14,321 nucleotides of DNA from a candidate division WOR-3 bacterium (GTDB lineage: Bacteria > Hydrothermota > Hydrothermia > LBFQ01 > DSFT01): the NCBI GenBank assembly GCA_965649115.1, contig CBFGJN010000048.1, positions 1 through 14,321 of the forward strand, written 5' to 3'. Positions within the stretch are counted from its first letter, which is position 1. Each line of letters begins with the position of its first letter. This document shows, one piece after another, positions 7,545 to 14,321 of this stretch. The translations under genes were made by a program, and so were the position numbers. Under the pieces are notes generated by a model. It made no database searches. It was given only the letters and a program-made list of their open reading frames with translations, and was not told where the DNA came from.

Positions 7545-7810
7545 CAATAAATAATTTATAAAAACTTCAAAAACTTATTGATTTTATTGGGGATTTTTTG
7601 AGAAGGGAATGAAGTTTATAAGGAGCCTTATTTACAGGTTAGTTGGGGAAATAAACCAATTTATAAATTTTTAGCGGATTTCTTAGTCTCGTCGGGGGTT
7701 TTAATAGGGGGTATAGCCCCCTGACGAAAAATGGGGATTTTAAAGGTATAGGCTTAAATATAGGGTGGGTGGGAAAATATAAATTCTAAAATTATTAGAC
7801 AAATCAATTT
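7545..7810 (+). repeat. Two further tandem partial copies upstream of the nos operon
   Basis: About 7545-7655 (ATAATTTATAAAA...TTGATTTTATTGGGGATT...GCCTTATTTACAGGTTAGTTGGGGAAAT) and 7657-7810 (hairpin 7706-7722, CGAAAAATGGGGATTTT, AGGGTGGGTGGGAAAATAT, TTATTAGACAAATCAATTT). Confidence 0.82.
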
Positions 7811-7927
7811 CTGACTAAAAAAGTAAGTAATTTTTTATTTACTATTGAAAATCATTTGCAAAAAGATTGATTTAAAACTTTGTTATGACTGTTATGACTA
7901 TTTTCAACTTAAAAAGGAGGTTAAGGG

Positions 7928-8368
7928 ATGAAAACAAAAATCCTTTCAATAATTATCTTTATAGTGGCCTGTTCAAATAGTAAAGTGGAAAAACCTCAAA
8001 ATGAAAAAACAGAAAATAATGTTGTTAGTGATATAGGAATTGGACCTATCAAGAAAGTTGAAATTTCAGAAAATATAGATATGAAATTGGTTGAAGAAGG
8101 TAAAAAGGTTTTTGAATTAAAATGTACTGCTTGTCATAAATTAGAAGAAAGGTACGTAGGACCTGCATTAAAAGGAATTACAAAGAGAAGAAAACCTGAA
8201 TGGATAATGAATATGATTTTAAACCCTATTGAAATGACTCAAAAAGACCCTATTGCCAAACAATTACTTTCTGAATACCTAACCCAAATGACATATCAAG
8301 ATATTAAAGAAAATGAAGCAAGGGCAATTTTAGAATATTTCAGATATATTGATAGGGAGGGAAAATAG
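7928..8368 (+). CDS. Monoheme cytochrome c, predicted lipoprotein, typical of clade II nos clusters
   Basis: CTACH heme motif, VGPALKG, distal Met candidate (TQM), signal peptide ending IVAC, strong SD AAGGAGG, and position immediately upstream of nosZ. Confidence 0.93.
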   Translation: MKTKILSIIIFIVACSNSKVEKPQNEKTENNVVSDIGIGPIKKVEISENIDMKLVEEGKKVFELKCTACHKLEERYVGPALKGITKRRKPEWIMNMILNPIEMTQKDPIAKQLLSEYLTQMTYQDIKENEARAILEYFRYIDREGK

Positions 8369-8431
8369 GTGTGATTTTAAGTCTTGATTTTGTGAGAGGC
8401 AGTGAAACAAACCTTAAAAAGGAGGTAAAAC

Positions 8432-10411
8432 ATGAAAAGTAAAACAATTTTTATCTTGGGTGTTGGAGCGATAGTGTTTGCCTTAGCACTTTATGGTTGT
8501 CCGAAAAAACAAACTTCTAATTTGTCAATTGAAGCATCTGCTAAAAAAGTTTATGTTCCTCCTGGAAAGTATGACGAATTTTATGGATTCTTATCAGGTG
8601 GATTTTCAGGTCAGCTTATGGTTTATGGAATTCCAAGCGGTAGATTATTTAAAATTATTCCTGTATTTTCCGTATGGCCAGAAAATGGTTATGGTTTTTC
8701 AGAGGAAACAAAGCCACTTTTGATGACATCACATGGGTTTATCCCTTGGGATGATTATCATCATCCAGAACTTTCCCAAACAAATGGTGTTCCCGATGGT
8801 AGATGGATATTCGGGAATTCAAATAATACACCAAGAGTGGCAAGAATAGATTTAAGAACATTCACAACAGTAGAAATTATTGAAATTCCAAATAGTGGTG
8901 GAAATCACTCATCACCATTTATAACGGAAAATACCGAGTATGTAGTAGCGGGCACAAGATTTTCTGTCCCAATCCCTCAAAAAGATGTTCCAATTTCTTC
9001 TTATAAAGAGAACTTTAAAGGTGTTCTATCATTTATAAAAGTTGATCCAAATAGTGGTAGAATGGATTTAGCATTTCAATTATTAGTTCCTGGATTTAAT
9101 TACGATTTAGCACATTGTGGAAAGGGACCTTCACATGATTGGTGCTTCTTTACCTCCTATAATACAGAGCAAGCTTATACCTTACTTGAAATAAATGCTT
9201 CAAAGAATGATAAAGATTTTATTATTGCTGTAAATTGGAAAAAAGCTGAACAATGTGTTGCAGAAGGGAAAGCACAAACATTTAAAACTGAATACTATCA
9301 CAATTATTATGACGAGAAGAAACATCAAGCATTTTCAGAAATTAAAAAGGAAGTTAAAGTTCTTCTTCCAAAAGATTGTCCAGGTGTTGCTTATTATTTA
9401 CCTACTCCCAAATCTCCACATGGAGTTGATGTTGATCCGACAGGGGAATATATTGTCGGTGGAGGAAAATTAGCCACTGTTATTCTTGTCCATTCATTCT
9501 CAAAGATGCTAAAAGCTATTGAAAATAAAGATTTTATCGGAGAGATTGAAGGAATACCTATAATTAAATATGAAAGCGTTATAGCTGGAGAAGTTCAAAA
9601 TCCATGCCTTGGTCCATTACATACTGAATTTGATGGTAAAGGATTTGCTTACACATCTTGTTTTGTAAGTTCAGAAGTTGTAAAATGGACACTTCCAAAT
9701 AATGAAAAGAAATTGGAACCATTTAAAGTTATAGATAGAGTTCCTGCTTATTATTCAGTTGGTCATATTATGATACCTGGTGGGGATTCTAAAAAACCTT
9801 GGGGTAAGTACTTGATTATTATGAATAAAATTACAAAAGATAGAGCATTACCAGTTGGGCCAGAGCTTCCTCAAAATGCACAATTAGTTGATATAAGTGG
9901 TGATAAAATGGTTATATTGTCAGAGTTTCCAACACTTGGAGAACCACATTATGCACAAGGTATTCCTTCTGAAATTCTAATGAAAAATCAAGTTAAAATT
10001 TATCCATTAAATGAAAATCAAAATCCTTATGCTATAAAGAGTGAAAAAGAAGCAAAAGTTGTAAGAACAGGAGCTTATAGAGTAGATGTTTATATGACAT
10101 CAATAAGAAGCCACTTTACACCTGATAACATTGAAGGTATTCAGGTTGGAGATACAGTTTATTTCCATGTCACGAATTTAGAACAGGATTGGGATATACC
10201 TCACGGATTTAGCGTTTATGGTGCTGAAAATGCAGAATTACTAATAATGCCAGGTGAAACGAGAACCTTAAAGTGGATTGCAAAGAAAGAAGGTGTTTAT
10301 CCATTCTATTGTACAGATTTTTGTTCAGCACTACACCAAGAAATGCAAGGTTATATAAGGGTATCTCCAAGAGGTTCTAATGTTGCTATTAAGTATTCAA
10401 CAGGTCAATAA
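8432..10411 (+). CDS. nosZ: Nitrous-oxide reductase, clade II (Sec-dependent, probable lipoprotein)
   Basis: CuZ His motifs DYHH, GNHSS, PKSPHG, LGPLH, SVGH and EPH. CuA ligands PHGF and CTDFCSALHQEM. No twin-arginine; hydrophobic signal ends LYGC. No C-terminal heme domain. Confidence 0.98.
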   Translation: MKSKTIFILGVGAIVFALALYGCPKKQTSNLSIEASAKKVYVPPGKYDEFYGFLSGGFSGQLMVYGIPSGRLFKIIPVFSVWPENGYGFSEETKPLLMTSHGFIPWDDYHHPELSQTNGVPDGRWIFGNSNNTPRVARIDLRTFTTVEIIEIPNSGGNHSSPFITENTEYVVAGTRFSVPIPQKDVPISSYKENFKGVLSFIKVDPNSGRMDLAFQLLVPGFNYDLAHCGKGPSHDWCFFTSYNTEQAYTLLEINASKNDKDFIIAVNWKKAEQCVAEGKAQTFKTEYYHNYYDEKKHQAFSEIKKEVKVLLPKDCPGVAYYLPTPKSPHGVDVDPTGEYIVGGGKLATVILVHSFSKMLKAIENKDFIGEIEGIPIIKYESVIAGEVQNPCLGPLHTEFDGKGFAYTSCFVSSEVVKWTLPNNEKKLEPFKVIDRVPAYYSVGHIMIPGGDSKKPWGKYLIIMNKITKDRALPVGPELPQNAQLVDISGDKMVILSEFPTLGEPHYAQGIPSEILMKNQVKIYPLNENQNPYAIKSEKEAKVVRTGAYRVDVYMTSIRSHFTPDNIEGIQVGDTVYFHVTNLEQDWDIPHGFSVYGAENAELLIMPGETRTLKWIAKKEGVYPFYCTDFCSALHQEMQGYIRVSPRGSNVAIKYSTGQ

Positions 10412-10415
10412 TTCT

Positions 10416-10434
10416 AAGCCCCCTTTGGGGGCTT
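10416..10434 (+). terminator. GC-rich hairpin between nosZ and nosB (partial terminator or mRNA-stabilising stem)
   Basis: Perfect AAGCCCCC-TTT-GGGGGCTT stem-loop starting 5 nt after the nosZ stop. Only a short U tract, immediately followed by the nosB SD. Confidence 0.65.
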
Positions 10435-10452
10435 TAAAAAGGAGTTATTAAA

Positions 10453-11019
10453 ATGAAAATAAGAATTCTTTTACTTTTAAGCGCTATATTACCTTTATTT
10501 TCTTTTATTTTTCCATTATGGTTCATAAGACTCATAGCTCCACAATATCCAGAAGGTGTCAATCTCTTGATTTACATTAACAAACTTGGAGGTCAAATTG
10601 ATTTAGTAAATGGGTTGAATCATTATATCGGGATGAAAAAAATTGACCCTAATGCTATTACTGAACTTAAATTCATGCCATATATTGTAATTTTTTTGTC
10701 TTTTTTAGGAATTTTAAGTGCTATTATTAAAAATAGAATTTTAATACTTTTTTATTTTTTAGTATTTTCCTTCTTTGCTATTCTTGGTCTTTGGGATTTT
10801 TATAAATGGGAGTACGATTACGGACATAATTTAAGTCCAGATGCGCCTATAAAGATAGAACCATTTCAACCACCACTTTTTGGTATTAAGAAGCTGTTAA
10901 ACTTCACTGTTTATTCGTTTCCTCACATAGGTGGATGGTTAATTATTTTAGCTTGGATTATTCTCTTTTGTATTAATGTTTGTTATGTAAAATTTGAGAA
11001 AGCTTATAAGGTAGTATGA
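10453..11019 (+). CDS. nosB: NosB-like four-TM membrane protein of clade II nos clusters
   Basis: PLWxIxLxAPQYPEG, NGLNHYIGM, YDYGHNLSPDAPIK and QPPLFG.K.LLNF..YSFP..GG motifs. Directly downstream of nosZ. Confidence 0.88.
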   Translation: MKIRILLLLSAILPLFSFIFPLWFIRLIAPQYPEGVNLLIYINKLGGQIDLVNGLNHYIGMKKIDPNAITELKFMPYIVIFLSFLGILSAIIKNRILILFYFLVFSFFAILGLWDFYKWEYDYGHNLSPDAPIKIEPFQPPLFGIKKLLNFTVYSFPHIGGWLIILAWIILFCINVCYVKFEKAYKVV

Positions 11020-11022
11020 AAG

Positions 11023-11448
11023 ATGTTAAAGTTTCTTAAATGGGGTATTTTTTTGCCCCTTGTTTTTTCTTGTATTAGTTATAAACCAATTCCTATTGAA
11101 AAGGATAAAGATATGTGTGATTATTGTAAAATGGTTATTAGTGATTTGAAATTTGCTGGCGAGATAATTGATAAAAAAGGTAAGGTTTATAAATTTGATG
11201 ATTTGAAGTGTTTAAAAAGTTTTTATAAATTAAGAAATGAAGACATTAAAGTTGTTTATTTAGTACCTTATGAAGATGAAAAAAAACTTTTACCATCTGA
11301 CAAAGTATTTATCTTAAAAAGTGAGAGAATAAAGGGACCTATGGGTGGTAATTACTTAGTTTTTGAAAATGAAAATGATGCTTTTGATATGAGAAAAGTA
11401 ATTGGTGGGAAAATTATGAAGTTTGAAGAATTTATAAATGAAAAATGA
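11023..11448 (+). CDS. nosL: NosL copper chaperone lipoprotein
   Basis: Lipobox VFSC, CDYCKMVI, KFDDLKCL and GPMGG motifs. Confidence 0.92.
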   Translation: MLKFLKWGIFLPLVFSCISYKPIPIEKDKDMCDYCKMVISDLKFAGEIIDKKGKVYKFDDLKCLKSFYKLRNEDIKVVYLVPYEDEKKLLPSDKVFILKSERIKGPMGGNYLVFENENDAFDMRKVIGGKIMKFEEFINEK

Positions 11449-12605
11449 TAGTAGTTTGTATGAATTGTGAAATAAGTAGTATAAATAAGGCAATAGAGAT
11501 ATCAAAACCTTATGATACAATTATTGTTAAGAGCGGTGTTTATTATGAAAAAATTGAAATTAAAAAACCACTTATTTTAATCGGTGAAAATTACCCAAAA
11601 ATTGGTGGTAAAGATGAAAATGAGATAATAAAAGTTTTATCTGATAATGTTAAAATAATTGGATTTGAATTTTTAAATTCTGGATATAGTGAAATATATG
11701 AAGTTTCCGCTATTAAAATATATGCTTCTAAAAATTGCTATATAGAAAATAATGTATTGAAAAACAATTATTTTGGAATATACCTTGAAAATGTTAAGAA
11801 TTGTATAATCAAAAATAATAAAATTATCTCTGAAAAAAGAAAAAGTGAAAGTCTGATGGGAAACGGTATTCATGCTTGGAATTCTGAAAACATAATAATT
11901 GAAAACAATTATATTGAGGGTCATAGAGATGGTATATATTTTGAATTTGTTCAAAATAGCATAGTAAGAAATAATATCTCTAAAAATAACATTAGATATG
12001 GGCTTCATTTTATGTTTTCAAATGATGATAGTTATATTCAAAATAAGTTTATAAATAATAATTCTGGTGTTGCTGTTATGTATTCAAAGAATATAGTTAT
12101 GGAAGGGAATGAATTTACTGAAAATTATGGAATTTCAAGTTTTGGTTTATTATTAAAAGAAATTTCTTATAGTAAAGTTGTTTCAAATAAATTTATAAGG
12201 AACACAAATGCAATATATATGGAAAATTCAAATTATAATGAATTTAAAGGTAATTTATTTCTTGAAAATAGTTGGGCTATAAGGATTATGTCTAATTGCG
12301 AAAATAATAATTTTCAATATAATAAGTTCATTAAGAATTTTTTTGAAGTTTTAACAAATTCCACATCACAATTTAACAATGTTTTTGCTTATAACTATTG
12401 GGACAAGTATATAGGTTATGATTTAAATAAAGATGGTGTTGGTGATGAACCTTATAAAATTACTTCAATTTCAACCATAATTTTTGAAAAGTTTAAAATT
12501 TCAATAATTTTATTCAATGGGCTTCTTATGAAAATACTTGATTATTTAGAGGGTTTATTGCCATCCTTTACCTATCCAATTTACGATAAATATCCACTGA
12601 TATGA
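11445..12605 (+). CDS. nosD: NosD beta-helix maturation protein (no signal peptide visible)
   Basis: Asn/Ile-rich beta-helix repeats with GNGIHAWNS, GHRDGIYFEF, RYGLHFMFS, GVAVMYS and NYWDKYIGYDLNKDGVGDEPY. Confidence 0.95.
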   Translation: MIVVCMNCEISSINKAIEISKPYDTIIVKSGVYYEKIEIKKPLILIGENYPKIGGKDENEIIKVLSDNVKIIGFEFLNSGYSEIYEVSAIKIYASKNCYIENNVLKNNYFGIYLENVKNCIIKNNKIISEKRKSESLMGNGIHAWNSENIIIENNYIEGHRDGIYFEFVQNSIVRNNISKNNIRYGLHFMFSNDDSYIQNKFINNNSGVAVMYSKNIVMEGNEFTENYGISSFGLLLKEISYSKVVSNKFIRNTNAIYMENSNYNEFKGNLFLENSWAIRIMSNCENNNFQYNKFIKNFFEVLTNSTSQFNNVFAYNYWDKYIGYDLNKDGVGDEPYKITSISTIIFEKFKISIILFNGLLMKILDYLEGLLPSFTYPIYDKYPLI

Positions 12606-13234
12606 TAATTTTAGAAAATATATCAAAAATTTATTCAAGAAAAATTGTTTTAAATAATATAAGCTATGAATTTAAGGAGAATAGAAAGATTGGTATATTG
12701 GGACCAAATGCAAGTGGTAAGACTACCCTTATTAAAATTATATGTGATGTAGTATTTCCTACAAGTGGAAAGGTTATAAAAAAAACAAAAAACATATCAT
12801 ATCTTCCACAATACCCAAATTTCCCTGAAAATTTAAGATGTTCTGAAATTGTAAATATGATAAGAGAAATAAGGAATAAAGAAAGTAAGAATTTGGAACT
12901 TTTGGTAGAGATTTTAAATTTTGGTGATAATTTGAATAAGAAAGTTTATGAACTATCAGGTGGTTCTAAGCAAAAGCTTAACATTATTTTAAGTTTAATG
13001 TTTGATAGTGATATTTATATATTAGATGAACCATCATTAAGTCTTGATCCAATATCTTCAATTAAATTAAGAGAATATATAAAAAGTTTAAATAAAACTA
13101 TAATTTTTTCAAGTCATATTATTGATGAATTCGAGGAATTAGCTGATGAAGTTATAGTGCTTATAGAAGGAAATATGGTTTATAGTGGTCCATATATAGG
13201 TAAAGAGCATATTCTTTCAATTTTTAAGACATGA
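12602..13234 (+). CDS. nosF: ABC ATPase NosF (short form)
   Basis: Walker A GPNASGKTT, Q-loop YLPQ, signature LSGG, Walker B ILDEP and H-loop SSH. Lies between nosD and nosY with ATGA overlaps. Confidence 0.9.
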   Translation: MIILENISKIYSRKIVLNNISYEFKENRKIGILGPNASGKTTLIKIICDVVFPTSGKVIKKTKNISYLPQYPNFPENLRCSEIVNMIREIRNKESKNLELLVEILNFGDNLNKKVYELSGGSKQKLNIILSLMFDSDIYILDEPSLSLDPISSIKLREYIKSLNKTIIFSSHIIDEFEELADEVIVLIEGNMVYSGPYIGKEHILSIFKT

Positions 13235-13992
13235 GGACATTTTTAATTATTACAAAATATCAACTTTCAAACATATTAAAGAGTAAATGGATTATTTTTA
13301 TAATGTTATTTTCAATAGTTCTAAGCTTGACACTTTCAAATGTGCTTGATAACTTTGAAAAGTTTATAATTTCAATAAATTCAATATTCTTAATAATTAA
13401 TCCTTTGATTTCTGCTTTATTTTCGGGAATATATTATTATGATAATTTGAAATTCTATGAACTCCTTATTGGTAATTTTACAAGTAGAAAAGTGATAATA
13501 ACTTCGGTAGTTTCTACTGTAACTATTTCCATTTCAATATCACTATTACTTCCAATTCTTATTATCTCAATAATTTACTTTGGTTTTAATAATTATTTGT
13601 TGAAATTTACTTCGTTTCATTTTTTCCTAATTTTATATTTTAGTTTAATTAGCTTCATTGTAGTCATTTTAAACAATGACAAATTAAAAGGTCTTTCAAT
13701 CTCTATGATTATTTACTTATTCTTTTCAATTTTTTATGATGCTTTAATTCTTTTCATTTTAGTATTTTTTTCAGATTATCCGATTGAAAACTTAATTTTA
13801 TATATCTCATCTATAAATCCCATTCTAACAATAAGAATTTATTTCTTGAAGTCATTTGGTTTTATGGAAAATATAGGTTATATATACAAGTTGATTTCAA
13901 ATTTTCTTATTATTTCAACAATTTTACAAATTTTTATATGTTTGTTGATTTTCATTTTAATAATTTTTTATTTTGAAACGAAAGAATTCTAA
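13231..13992 (+). CDS. nosY: ABC-2 type permease NosY
   Basis: About six TM segments with FYDALIL, FSDYPIE and INPI..IR motifs, in the position after nosF. Confidence 0.86.
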   Translation: MRTFLIITKYQLSNILKSKWIIFIMLFSIVLSLTLSNVLDNFEKFIISINSIFLIINPLISALFSGIYYYDNLKFYELLIGNFTSRKVIITSVVSTVTISISISLLLPILIISIIYFGFNNYLLKFTSFHFFLILYFSLISFIVVILNNDKLKGLSISMIIYLFFSIFYDALILFILVFFSDYPIENLILYISSINPILTIRIYFLKSFGFMENIGYIYKLISNFLIISTILQIFICLLIFILIIFYFETKEF

Positions 13993-14020
13993 TAAACTTT
14001 TAAGCTAAAATTTAGTAGTA

Positions 14021-14092
14021 ATTGATTATCAGATAATTTATGAGTTTTTAAGGAAAACTTTCCATAGCCGAAAAATGGGAATTTTCAAGCCA
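14021..14092 (+). repeat. Repeat fragment downstream of nosY
   Basis: ATTGATTATCAGATAATTTATGAGTTTTTAAGGAAA matches the reverse complement of 60-95. CATAGCCGAAA is shared with 4579-4589, and AAAAATGGGAATTTTCAA (14071-14088) is identical to 4384-4401. Confidence 0.8.
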
Positions 14093-14112
14093 AATAATTT
14101 TTTCAACTCCTA

Positions 14113-14123
14113 CTTTAAAATTT
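14113..14123 (+). promoter_or_regulatory. CTTTAAAATTT putative -10 element of the DCC1-like gene
   Basis: TAAAAT lies 9 nt before ATG 14131, no SD. Confidence 0.55.
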
Positions 14124-14130
14124 CAATCTA

Positions 14131-14321
14131 ATGAAAAATTTAATTATTTATGATGGAAATTGTAAATTATGTAAAATTACATCAAAATTTATAGGTTTTC
14201 TTTCAAAAGATTTTCAATTTGACCCAAATAATAAAACTGATGAGGTTGTTTATATTGAAAACGATAAAGTTTATAAGGGTTTTTATGCTATAAGGAAAAT
14301 ATCTTTAAAAATTCCTTATCT
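14131..14321 (+). CDS. DCC1-like (DUF393) thiol-disulfide oxidoreductase family protein, truncated by the window end
   Basis: Not in the ORF track. Manual translation gives MKNLIIYDGNCKLCKITSKFIGFLSKDFQFDPNNKTDEVVYIENDKVYKGFYAIRKISLKIPY..., with the N-terminal YDGxCxxC signature. Confidence 0.8.
   Translation, partial: MKNLIIYDGNCKLCKITSKFIGFLSKDFQFDPNNKTDEVVYIENDKVYKGFYAIRKISLKIPY

Noticed and set aside
8493..9473. Alternative-frame ORFs 8493-8723 and 9255-9473 within nosZ
   Set aside because: Nested in an intact, highly conserved gene and without recognisable features.
11673..12008. 111-aa minus-strand ORF
   Set aside because: Antisense to nosD. Its composition mirrors the Asn/Ile-rich codons on the other strand.

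Overview
Very AT-rich bacterial window with no RNA genes, transposases or CRISPR array. The left part holds a four-gene + strand unit: nadA, a CorC/HlyC-type CBS protein, a WecA/MraY-family phosphosugar transferase and a CapD/PglF-type nucleotide-sugar dehydratase. On the - strand are a GT-C (ArnT/PMT-like) membrane glycosyltransferase and a cation:proton antiporter broken by two frameshifts. The right part is a clade II nitrous-oxide reductase cluster (cytochrome c, nosZ, nosB, nosL, nosD, nosF, nosY) followed by the start of a DCC1-like thiol-disulfide oxidoreductase. The least expected signals are non-coding. (i) All five gaps between transcription units contain copies or fragments of one modular repeat with terminal inverted repeats, two GC-rich triloop hairpins and a GGGTGGGTGGG tract (MITE/REPIN-like). 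(ii) The four non-nos genes that head transcription units have an exact CTTTAAAATTT 5-7 nt before the start codon and no Shine-Dalgarno, suggesting leaderless expression, whereas the leading nos genes have strong SD sites. (iii) NosD has no signal peptide and sits one base out of frame with lipoprotein NosL at an A5 run.
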